From NCBI GenBank assembly GCA_010909165.1, contig MU008154.1:372001-436000 (forward strand): DNA of 64,000 nt, in the 5' to 3' direction. Shown one piece after another: positions 23,146 to 34,864 of the stretch (its first letter is position 1; each line of letters starts with the position of its first letter). Made by a program: the position numbers and the translations under genes. This stretch comes from Anthoceros angustus (taxonomy: Eukaryota; Plantae; Anthocerotophyta). Under the pieces are notes generated by a model. The model was not told the DNA's origin. It ran no database searches and saw only the letters and a list, made by a program, of their open reading frames with translations.

Positions 23146-24090
23146 GTGAGTCGTGGGCAGAACCGAGGGTGACAAGCAATGGAACGATTACCCATCTTGT
23201 GAAAGGGAGCTCAGGTTGCCTACCTGGTCTATCATTGGCATGAGACCGATGGCCTTGGCCCGGAGGAAGCATCCGGGAACGACTGGTTCCTGGGATAAGT
23301 TGCAGAATCAGGACAGCACCAGTTTGTGAAACTCATGCACGAGTGACGAAGGAGCATGGAAAGGCAAGCAAGATTAAGAGGGGTCTAAGTGAGAGAACAG
23401 AGACCTGCATGAGAACCAGCACGTCCATGGGGTCATTGTCCTCGCAGAGTGTTCGAGGGATGAACCCATAGTTGTGAGGATAGACGACAGAGGAGTAGAG
23501 AACGCGGTCTACCTGGTGGGTGCACACATCTGACATCAGCTTCGTTGCTACACAGTTTTACGCAGCGTCGTCACAGGTTCGGGCTGTCGGGGAGACCAGA
23601 CGAAGCTATACCTTGATCAACCCACTGCTTTTGTCTAGCTCATATTTCACCTTACTTCCTTTACTGATCTCCACAACCTGAGACAAGCAATTTGAGAAAA
23701 GCGGAAATCTTACATCAGGAAGGCCCAGGTTTTACTCCTTCAAGACATGCATATACGACAAAGGATGGTCTAATTCTGGTGACACAGCAAGAGCAGGAGA
23801 CACTGCAAATGTCCGCGGAACTGGACTCACACAATTGAAGATTTTGGGAGCTCCGGGCCCTGCAATGCAAGCAGGTTTCGCAATTAGCAGCTGGGAAAGC
23901 ATCATGCACAAAATCAGTGACGCATGGCCTGAGCCACAGGGTGAGAGAAGCTACCAATTTCCAAATCATGCCAAGGATGGGCAGCAACTGATCGGCTGGA
24001 CATCGATGATAGAATACGCTGATTCAAGGGAGGAGCGGAAATCCAAGGTTTCTTGACAGGGGGCTCCTCTTGTTGTCCTTCCGTACTCAT
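22666..24090 (-). CDS. PPA: Soluble inorganic pyrophosphatase (family I, cytosolic), 8 coding exons
   Basis: [90 protein letters not shown]|[20 protein letters not shown]. Confidence 0.96.
22888..22966 (-). other. U12-type (minor spliceosome) GT-AG intron in the PPase gene
   Basis: Donor GACT|GTATCTTT, branch site TCCTTGAC 9 nt before the end of the intron, no long polypyrimidine tract; splicing restores FED-YKK. Confidence 0.8.
23117..23143. repeat. (CA)n microsatellite in a PPase intron
   Basis: Direct dinucleotide run. Confidence 0.95.
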
Positions 24091-24644
24091 GTTGTCCAGT
24101 CCACTCTCCCTGGGTCAGTGGCTGCCCAACACGAACTGTGTGCGATTGACGTTGCTTTCGTGTCTACGACTTCATTCCGACAACTGCGATTGACAGGACA
24201 CGTCTTGAACGCTGCATCGTCGAACCCAACCTAAAGCCTGTTTGGCAGAAAGTTCAAGATCTTGGCCTGTGGCCGAGATAGGAAACCAGCTGAAAGGTGG
24301 AAGGATATCCCTTCTGAGCGGAGGAAGAGCAAACGTGAACCACAACCAACAAGACCAGTGCGTTGTGACGTTCTGAGCTCCTTGTAGGTGGCAGAGAAAA
24401 CGTTGGCTCCGGGAGAGGGAGAAACTTGGGTTCTATTGGAACACGTGGGCAGCAGGCATTTTCTCCTTTCCCCTGTACGTCAGGCTGTGATGGAGTGCGC
24501 AGGCCGGAATGTACCGAATCGATGCTTACACAATGACAGATGATGGTGTACAATGGGTCGTGACCGTGTAAGAATTGTCCAAAACTGCCTCCACGTAGAG
24601 CTCGTTATGGCATCAGCATATCCAATCCCAATCGTGGTGGAGAT

Positions 24645-26757
24645 TCACAGGGGTGTGTGGGCCTGGATCGCTTCCGCCAAGGCCTGGGCATCCTCTGGGG
24701 ATAGTAATCTGAATAGACAAGCCTGTCTTCGTACTTCTTGCGTTGGTTCCTGACACACGGCATGGCATGGTCATCGCTCACTATGATGGGAATGGTGTGC
24801 TCCAACAACTCTTTTTAGGCACAACAACGAGTTCCTGCTCACCGCAATTAAGAGGATAAGGGTGATGTCTTTCTTTGTCGCCTTTGCTTTCAGTCCAGTG
24901 TACAGGAGTGCGTTGAGTAGAACCTTGCCCACCTGAGCATGGCATGTCAGGGCATACCAGAATCAGTACGGGCAAGCCGAAGTCATGAACAGTGCTAGGG
25001 AGTGGATTGTAGAAGTAGCTGCTACCTCGTTGCGGAAGACAATTGTGGGTTTGGATTCCTTGGAGGTTGAGGGGGCACCCTCTTTGCACCTGAGAATTAT
25101 CTGGCCCCTGCCCAGGTCTTTCCACGTTTTCTCCTCACCGTCTGCGACCTGATCCCGGCCCAAAAACATGGTGGCTCAATGCATAAGTAGGATGTTAAAG
25201 AACAATGACGTCGTCACTCAGGAAATGTCGGAGTGTGCCGTCTAACCTGGAAGTACAATTTTCCTCGCACTTGGTGAACAATCTGGATGCCCTTCTCTTG
25301 TGTGCTTATGAAGGATGGGCTTCCAGGGGCTTCTGCATCTTGATCCTCTGGGGAACGGCATCACAGTCAAGAGCACTTGCAACAATGCTGCAGCAGCAGA
25401 GAATCACGTCAGGAACTCTTCAGTCCATGAGTGCTCACCGTCCTCTTCCTTCCTCTCAGCAGTAGTGATATCTGGTGGCCTTGCAAAACTGGGGATAGGC
25501 ATGGGTGACCGCACAGCAGATACAGTAAAGGCCCCTGGAGTTGCAGTTGCCGCAGCCACCACGCTGGATTCTGCAGAACAGATAAGCTACTGCTCTGGGA
25601 AGACCAACCCATCCACCTACAAACCACTCAAACACAACTTCACATCTACTCACCAGGTCCTTGAGCGTCCTTCGTCTCATTATGTGCTGGGACTGCAGCT
25701 GGCAATGGGGACCGAAATGCTGCTACAGACCCTGTCCGTAGCCATGGATTGCGCAGAACAGTCAGGACCTGTCTTCCCCTGAACAAGCCATTGATCTACA
25801 CCATTTCCACAACTGCTCACCAGGTCCATCAGAGTCCTTCTTCTCGGCCTCACTTGCTACCGGCAATGCACCCGCAGAAGGCAGTGGCGACCGAAACGCT
25901 GCCACAGACCCTGATCGTGCCATGGGAGGCAGAGGAGTTCGTTCTGCATCACAATGAACTTCATGACCCTCCCCTCCATCCTCAACCAATGCAATTCCTC
26001 CAAGGAAGCAGGAAACGTCAAAAACCCAGACCTGCGACGGCACCAGCTCGAGCCCCAGTGCCGGACGTCGTCCACATAGCTGCCAAAATACATCACATTC
26101 AGCCCATGGATCAGCAGATGCAGCTGCAAGTGAAGCAAATATAATTCACATCAGTGTATCAGCTAAAATCTCACAAGCAGCGTTGATGCCCCCAAATGCG
26201 GCTCCCCCACCAGCACTGGCTGCAGTGGAATCCTGCTGTGGAGGCCCTGCCTGGCCGTCCAGCGATGGGGCGTCGAACAGAGGGGAACGGCGTGCACAGG
26301 GCGGAGAGAGCACTTGCTGCTGCTGTCCCTGCAAAACGTTGTTGCTGTTGCTGTTGCTGTTATTGTTGTTGCTGCTGCTGTTCTTCAACCAGTCCACCAC
26401 ATCCTTGTAGTCCGTCTACAGCATCAACAGCAGCAGCAGGGAAGTCAAGATGCATACCCACATTTCCCTCACACAATTCAGCAAAAGCAGACGTGCCCAA
26501 CAGGCACGATATCCCACCAGAAGAGTCCGGGCATGCTTCAAGTAATCTTCCACCCCCGCCTCCCATAGCTCGTCCAGGTGATCTTTCTTTTGCTGCTCGA
26601 CCCAGGCGGCGAACTGGGTGTTAAGCGCTCTGACGTAGTCCAGGCACCAGGCGGACCTCTGCTCCAGCTGGGCCTGACAGGGGGCCAGGCCCTTGGCGCT
26701 CTTGTTGTACAGCTGCGGACTCGCATTTCCCTCTCCCTTGCGCTTCCCTCCTGCCAT
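24645..26757 (-). CDS. NUP50: NUP50b-like nucleoporin with a C-terminal Ran-binding (PH-like) domain, multi-exon
   Basis: N-terminal VRALNTQFAAWVEQQKKDHLDELWEAGVEDYLKHA; C-terminal WKDLGRGQIILRCKEG..ESKPTIVFRNE|GKVLLNALLY..LAEAIQAHTPL*. Internal exon boundaries are approximate. Confidence 0.8.
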
Positions 26758-27430
26758 GGCCGATCACATGAAAGAAAGCGAGGCTGTCCCACAACCGCCA
26801 ACAGTACACGCTTTCTGACTCACCCACTCCGGGCTGCTCAGCTCGGCACTTGTTTAGGGGCAACAAACAACAAACAGCGTCCTTCTCCAGGACCTGGATT
26901 TTTTTCTGTGGGTTTACTCATGTGATGTTTTCCGAGGGCCGGACAGGTCCGGGCAGCGTGCCGTGAAGCCCGTGATTCATCCGTTGCGGTTGCGCCGCTG
27001 CAGCGAGCTGGAATCCGGCGGCAGCTGGCCGCCGTGGCCCTTGTGGGCCGTGCTCTGTTTGAATCGAAGCTGCAACTGCAACTGCCCTTCTTGGCGGATG
27101 CCCCGGGGGGGTGTGGGAGTAGGGTGATTTGATCTCAGCTGGGCGGTGCTGCGGGAGCTGCATATTTCCAGTCCTAAAGTGGGCAACTCCGGTGGCAGCA
27201 ACTCCGTCTGCATGGCGTCTTCTGAGCTGGGAGGGAAATCATCTTGGGTGGTGTTGTGGAATTGGATTGGGTTTGTGTGAGCATTGGAATTGGATTGGCT
27301 TTCTGCGTGAGAATCTGTGCCGGGCACCGTGTATCGTGAATGGGCTAGGGGCGGGAGAAGGGTGAGAATTCAATCATGCAGCAGCTCGCTTGCAGAGCTA
27401 GTTGCGAGAGGGGGGCCAGGCTGGTACAGT

Positions 27431-30400
27431 ATGAGAGTGGGCGAAGGGACAGCGTGGCTCCAGAGCTTGCCACTTCTCTTGCTGCTGCTTGTGCCTCTCT
27501 GTGCTCAAGGCTTCGGGTATGTTCCTGGGCTGTCCAGTGACATTGGCTGTGGCGGGCCATTTTACTCTGCTGGAGGAGGATCCGGTGGTGGTGGGAGGCG
27601 GGGACAGGTTTTTCATGGAGAGCATTTGGGTCAGGGGTTTTGCCCTGTGTCTTCGGAAGGTTTCAGTTTGCTGAATTCCAGTAGGCTTGAGCAAGCTGCA
27701 GGCACACGCAGCTGCAGCAGTGATGAGTATAGGCCTTCATTTCGGGAGGACGAGCTTGGGCCGGTCAGAGTTGTGGGCGAAGTTTCCGATGAAGTCATTG
27801 TGAGATTTACAGAGTACAAGGATGCATTGGTACATAAGGAAAAACTGGAAGGCGTTTTGGAAGGGAATGGGTGGGAGTGGGTTCATCGTGTGAATCCTGC
27901 CTCTGCCTTCCCAACAGATTTTGGCGTGCTGAAACTGGAGCAGGACTGTAGAGATTCGATCCTGGATAAGCTGAACGGGGTATCGTTTGTGAAGGATGTC
28001 TCTGTTCAGGTGCGATACACACGAGCACTTACTAGTGAAGGAGATGCTCGTGAAAAAGAGGAGACAGGTTCCCACCGAAGCCCAGCCCATGATCATGTAC
28101 ACCTTAGAAAATCACCTGGCCGATTTGCCACGGCACTGTCTTTTGCTGAGGAGTGGCACATAGACGATGAGGGCAATACTTCCACTAGGCATAAGGGTCG
28201 GCAGCTCCTATCACAGGTACTCAGCCCTTGCAGTGGGCGCTGCTTGCTGTTTTAAACGAACTGTGATTTTGTCCGGATAGCTGTGAGAACCTTCTGTGTT
28301 TCATTGACGTTCTTACATGGCTTCTGTTCTCAAGCAGAAATCGAAGCTTACATCCATGTTTGGAGCTGAAAAACTTTGGGCAAAGGGTTTCACCGGTGCA
28401 AAAGTGAAAATGGCAGTGTTTGACACAGGTGTGCGTGCAGATCACCCACATTTCCGCAATATAATGGTGAGCCTTGGGAACACTGTGTCTCGTCAGACTT
28501 GTATTCTAATCCATTGATTGTATTGAGAGGTCTTATTGGTTTGTATCATGGGATACAGGAAAGAACTGATTGGACGAATGATGGGAATTTGAACGACAAC
28601 CTTGGTCATGGAACATTTGTAGCAGGTGTGATATCAAGCCAAGATCCACAGTGCTTAGGATTCGCACCTGATGCGGAGATCTATGCTTTTCGGGTTTTCA
28701 CTGATGCACAGGTACACATTATAGTTTGATGCACTGATGTTCCCTGCCAAACTGTTTGTCACCGCATTGGGCCTTTGAAGTGCAGGATTCATGTTTGTGG
28801 CTTGTTTCATATTGCAGGTGTCATACACTTCGTGGTTCTTGGATGCTTTCAACTACGCAATTGCTACGGCCATGAACGTGCTGAACCTGAGTATTGGGGG
28901 ACCAGATTACTTGGATCGTCCGTTTGTTGAGAAGGTAGGATACACTTCACAACATATTGTATTCTTTTGTATTCTTTTTCATGCAGTTCTCATAATACAG
29001 GTTTGGCTGCAGGTTTGGGAAATGACAGCCAACAAAATCATTATGGTGTCTGCTATTGGGAATGATGGGCCATTCTATGGGACACTCAATAATCCTGCAG
29101 ACCAAAGTGATGTCATTGGTGTGGGAGGTATTGATTATAGCGACCACATTGCTGTATTCTCGTCCCGTGGGATGACGACTTGGGAGATTCCTCATGGGTA
29201 AGAATTTTTTGACAACTTTTCTTTGCTTAACTGGATTATCATTTGTCGTTCAAAACTTTGGTCAGGTCAGACCTAGTACTAACAATCCACAACGCTTACA
29301 GATATGGACGTGTGAAGCCGGATGTTGTGGCTTATGGAAGAGAGGTTATTGGGTCCAGAATCACATCTGGATGCAAAAGTCTGTCGGGAACCAGTGTGGC
29401 TAGTCCGGTTGTGGCAGGTGCTGTTTGCTTGCTGGCCAGTGTTATACCAGAAGATATCCGGTGGCATGTACTCAATCCTGCGAGTATGAAGCAAGCACTT
29501 GTGGAAGGTGCTGCAAGACTAGATGGTCCAAACATGTTTGAGCAGGGTGCTGGTCGTCTTAATCTGTAAGTTAACATCACATCTACCTTGTTTCTGAACG
29601 CCCTGATTCAAGTGATGTTTTATAGTTTTTTCAGCACTGCAATGGCTCGTTCTTTGAGGCCTATAAGCTGCCATGACTAAACATGTGGCTATTTTGGGAT
29701 ATAGGTTGGCTTCTTATGATGTTCTCGTAAATTATGAACCGCGCGCAAGTGTTTTTCCAAATAAGCTAGATTTCACTGACTGCCCCTACTCGTGGCCTTT
29801 TTGTCACCAACCTATGTACGCTGGTGCAATGCCTGTAATATTCAATGCAACTATTCTGAATGGGATGGGTGTCATGGGATCTGTTGAAGGTGAACCTTTG
29901 TGGATGCCTTCGGAAGATGCTGCCAACTTTCTCGACATTCAGTTCACCTACTCTGACTATATCTGGCCATGGACTGGGTATCTGGGGCTGCACATGCGAG
30001 TAAAGTCTGAAGGAAGCAACTTTCAGGGCATTATTGAAGGGAACGTTCTCTTTACAGTAGTCTCCTCTTCCGGGACAGGGGAAAAAAATGACCGTCGATC
30101 TGACTGTGTGCTGCCTGTTCGAGTTGAAATAATTCCAACTCCTCAACGTGAGAAGCGGATCTTATGGGATCAATTTCACAGCATCAGGTATCCACCGGGT
30201 TACATTCCACGAGACTCCCTGGATGTGAGGAATGACATCCTTGATTGGCATGGAGACCACCTGCACACAAATTTTCATGGGATGTTTGACAATCTGCGTG
30301 ATGCTGGCTACTATGTGGAAATTCTGGGCTCGCCATTTACATGCTTTGATGCTACACAATATGGTACCCTGTTATTGGTGGACCTGGAGGACGAGTACCA

Positions 30401-31890
30401 TCCAGAAGAGGTTGCAAAGCTGAAGAATGATGTTGAGGTTCATGGTCTAGGACTTATCGTGTTTGCAGACTGGTATCATGTGGACACAATGATCAAGATG
30501 AAGTTTTTTGATGACAACACTCGAAGTTGGTGGACACCTGCTACCGGCGGTGCAAACATTCCAGCATTGAATGACTTGCTAGCTCCTTTTGGGATTGCAT
30601 TTGGGGACACCATCTTAAATGGGCCCTATTCTATTGGGGGTGAGAGAATTCACTATGCCTCGGGTACCGATATTGTACGCTTTCCTGCTGGTGGGTTTGT
30701 CCATCGCTTTCTCTTTCAGGACAGTTTTGCCATGGGTTTGGGGCTTTCAACCACACGAGCTGCAGTCCGACCACAGGTGGGATTGCCTGTTTGTGGTTTA
30801 CTTATCTGACAGTTTGGTCACTATTTGTGGCTGCATGCTCATGAATTTCTTTGATCATCAGGTCGAACTGCCAATTTTGGGAGCCGTAGAGGTTGCAAAG
30901 GGCCGCATCACGGTGTATGGAGATTCAAATTGTCTAGACAGTAGTCACAATCTGAGTAACTGCTATTGGCTCTTGAGAAAGCTGCTGAACTTTACTAGTC
31001 ACAAGGTTCGGGATCCAGTGCTATTTACTCTTGCAAACCAGCTTCTTACTCCTCTAGGGGGACCAGAAACTGTTCTCCCCGTCCGAAGAGATGATGTTAA
31101 CTTGACTACTTACTCCCTTGTCTTAGATCATGACTTACAGTGTGGCCTAGATTCACCACTGGAGGTACAACAGTCTAAAGGCTATGTGTTACCAGCTGTG
31201 CCACCAAGAAGGAGGGTTGCAGCAGGAGAAGTGCCTCATCCTGTTACTTTAGACCAGGAACTGATTGGGAGTGTCAGTAACTCCTCTTCCTATCCACCTC
31301 AGTTGTCTGTGGAACTTAACATTCCAGTGAGTGCCTTCACTACCAAGGAGGAGGGAAGCAGTAGTGTGAAGACATCAGCTGTCCTCCCTAATGAATCTCT
31401 AGCTCAGGGTATCAAGGTTCAAATACAACAAGAACCGGAAAGCACAGAAGACCGCAGGTCAGGAGAACGGCGGGAAAGGAGGAGGTCCACCTCACAACAA
31501 ACCACGAAGAACAGGGCGCACCTACGTTTCGATGATGAGGTACATCCCGCCTTATTGTATGTCTGGAAAGAACAAAACCTTGAAATATTGTTCGCGGTCC
31601 GTGTTGGCACAAAGTAAAGCTTAAGCCGTTTGGAACTTTTGTAGTGGAATGTGCAGCTGGATGGAAGTCTTCTGGCTGTCCAGTGGCTCTGCCCTGTAAT
31701 CTTCTGTGCCTTAGGTGAGCCCAGTTCATAGCAAAGTCTGTGATATCCTTCTTTTGGTGAAGACCCACTGATTGAGCGACAGACTTGATGTCTTCCAGGG
31801 ATTGTAGTATTGGTGATGAGCCTATGGCGTGTCAGACAAAAAAAGCGGAGGAGAACGAGGAAGGCCGCAGGCCGTGGCCTCCTCCCCTAA
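27431..31890 (+). CDS. SBT6.1: Site-1 protease / subtilisin-like protease SBT6.1, multi-exon
   Basis: Signal peptide ([16 protein letters not shown]); RQLL prodomain site; catalytic motifs [29 protein letters not shown]; [20 protein letters not shown]; C-terminal TM followed by a basic tail. Confidence 0.96.
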
Positions 31891-32193
31891 GATGAAGCGG
31901 AGTGTCTTGTGACAAGTGTTTGATGTGATCAAATGCGAAGCCCATGACTGACGCGGAACCTGTAGGACTAGATTCGAAATGTAGTCTCGCACTAAGTTGG
32001 GGCCATCCAATTTGTTGGCACATGGTTTGACGCTACACATTTGTCATCCCGAAGGCTCATAGAAATTGCAAGCTCGTCTTGGAATTGTGGAACATGATAC
32101 CGGCATCATGTTTGTCATATTCTGCATCTGTGCAGCCTTGAAACACTTGGTCGAAATTGGATCACACCTGTTGCGGTGTAGGATCTGGAATTT

Positions 32194-34491
32194 CTAGCCC
32201 ATCACCAAAGCTTTCTTGGCCATAGCCAGAGTGCCATCAAAACTTTTGTTCCCGCCGATGAAGCCACTCATGTGCACAAACACCCCTCCTTCAATTCCTG
32301 TCTCTGCGGAAAGTTCCTCATCCCTGAGGCCGCGCCACTGCTGCGGCAAGGGCTTCCTACTTTCGAACTTCCCGGGAGCAACCGCCACTGCCTGCACTCT
32401 CCATTGATGATTCCTATCGTCCTGCTCCACAACCACACAGGAAGAGAAATCACCTACTGCTAGGAACACAACATGCAAAGGTATTCGCGTGGAGTCTTTG
32501 GAGGAGGGCATACCTCATACAGCACGTATTTTATGGAAGGCTCCAGCTTCATCTCCTCTTCCAGCTCTGCTAAATGCGACTTCCACTGTTTGAAGATATG
32601 CACCCGGAGAGCGTGAGCCTCACAAGGAGAATAAAATTACTGCGTGCTGTCAGTGATGATTCAGGCAAAGTAGCACAACTTGAGCAATTGGAAAACTCAC
32701 CGGGCAAAATCTGTCAAGCACCATAATCTCCCCAGTCTCTGCATACCGAGTTCTAGCCGCTATACACTCAGCAACAATGGACCTTGCGGGCAGCCATGAC
32801 AACGCATAGTAGTGCAGGGCCTGAAATTAAAAAAAACTCCAAGTGAGATTGGTGGATTTTTCACTTCGTAAAAAATGTCAAACCAAGGTCTTGGCGATGT
32901 AACTATGCCAAGTCGCATGAGACAAGAGTGATCGAGACTTCTGCTGGTACTCTGATTTTGCCAACAGGCAGGATCAGCCACGCAAAGCAATGGCCGGATT
33001 GAACACTGCATCTCACAGAGTAAGATAGACAAGTTGGCTTGTTGCTTTATGCAAAAGTAGGCCACTGTATTGATCAGTCATCACAGTAGATGGAAATTTG
33101 CAAGTGACAAGAGTGACAACAACAACGTGCTGGATTGAGAGTTCTATTTGTACTTTGATTTTGCCAACAAGCAGGATCAACCATGCAAAGCAATGGCTAA
33201 ATTCACTAGTGCACCTCACAGAGTAAGGTAGACAAATTGGCTGGTTGCTTTATGCAAAAGTAGGCCACTGCGTTGATCAGTCATCACAGTAGATGGAAAT
33301 TTGCAAGGATCGCCAGGTCAGGCAACCCACAGAATCAACATCTCAGAACATTCAAGACAAAGTTGTTTAAGGCCATCAGGGACAATAGAATTACCTCCTG
33401 GAATTCAGTGCCAGTTAGCTGCATGGCATTTAAAAAAGCCGAATCCTCCTTCTCAGATGTGACTTCATCAATCCAGTCCGGGTTAAGACGCGCCACACGA
33501 GCCGAAAGATGTGTATTGTTCACATACCTCGGTGGTTGATCAGTGTCGTACTGGTTGACACCATTGTCAATTGCATCTACAGCCTTAAGGTACCACAAGA
33601 ATAGACAACAGGCAACCAAGATCACATAAGGCAGGTAGTAAACTGCTGGAAGCCAGCTAGCACTGGCCCATAACGTTGTGGGAGGTAAAGCTATAAACCC
33701 CATTGTACCTCAATAAAATTCTTGTAGACGGCAAGATAGACGCGCTCAACATCTGGATGAGACGTGTCCAGATTCAATTCCTTGGCAACAATCTCCAAGC
33801 CGAAATGCTGCAAGACAAATCCGTAATCACGAGATCAGAGAGAGTACTGGAACGCTACCAGCATTAAGTCAAATGCAAAGAAACCACATACGAACCTTGT
33901 AGACTAGCCCTGCACTGCTGAGCTTTGTTATGAACCCGTGGCCAAACACCTGATCAAAGCCTCTTTGATGATGATCAAAACGATCACCTTCAGCGGAGTA
34001 CACACCCCCTACATCTAGCACCGCATCCAAATTTTGCAGAATCTGCACCTCAAACCCTAAATTAAAAGCGGCCTTTGCATCCAGAGCTGAAGCTGCCATC
34101 TCACAGCTGCAAGCAATACCTTCTCATCTCTCGTCCTGATAATTTCTGCGTTAGCATACTTGTCCGTCAAACGGATCATGAAGCAGGCCAACGCTTCGTC
34201 GCAGTGGAAGGTGCCATTGTGCGTTCCGACCACTTTCCGCGATTTCCTCTTCAGCGACCCAATTCTCTCCACCTCAAACTCAGAGTCGGAGGAGATTCTC
34301 AACTCCGGAGCTGGACTGGGCAGGGGAGCTGTTGTGGCCAACATGGCCCTCCAAACACGCAAGCTTCCTCCGTGCCTCGGATTTCGAAGCACAACACGAA
34401 CCCCTACTGACGCCAAGAACAGCGAGGACGACGTCTGGCCAGAGGATCCAAGAATGTAGCTGCAAAGGTGCACTGCCAGACGGCAAAACAT
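32194..34491 (-). CDS. MYG1: MYG1 / UPF0160 metal-dependent exonuclease, multi-exon (second in-frame ATG at 34344)
   Basis: GTHNGTFHCDEALAC, DVGGVY..DRFDHHQRGF, KLSSAGLVYK, VDAIDNGVNQY, SWLPARSIV, WRGLRDEELS, FVHMSGFIGGN. Confidence 0.95.
32953..33307. repeat. Two diverged ~150-bp direct repeats inside a MYG1 intron
   Basis: 32953-33104 vs 33156-33307 (TGATTTTGCCAACA...GGAAATTTGCAAG), differing mainly by substitutions. Confidence 0.9.
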
Positions 34492-34864
34492 GTGTAATCT
34501 CCAGCGAACAACACAACAAGGCAATGCGATGGCTAGACGCAGAAGAGCGATGCAAGACACATCGGTTGCCTTCCTACCATGAGTATTCCAGACACTGTAT
34601 GCACATATTCCAGACACTAGAACCAAATTAGGGCTAGGTTTGAACACGAATTTGCCAACAGTGAAGCTGTGAATCTGAGAAGACCGACCGTTTTGCTCGT
34701 CGACTCGCATCGGTACTTCGCCTGCGGTTAGCACGGTGGTGGAATCGATTTTAGTGCAGCTGGGATTCGGGGTGAGATGGAGCAGCTGGATTGCACTTGG
34801 AATGCGTGACGTATGAACGTGGGTGGTGATTGACGAACCCGGCTTTCGTGCAGCAACCACGGCT

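Noticed and set aside
24301-24308. ATATCCTT on the minus strand as an AT-AC U12 donor in the PPase leader
   Set aside because: No TCCTTRAC branch site with an AC acceptor between it and the ATG.
31743-31750. ATATCCTT U12 donor in SBT6.1
   Set aside because: It lies inside an ordinary GT-AG intron that already gives the correct reading frame.
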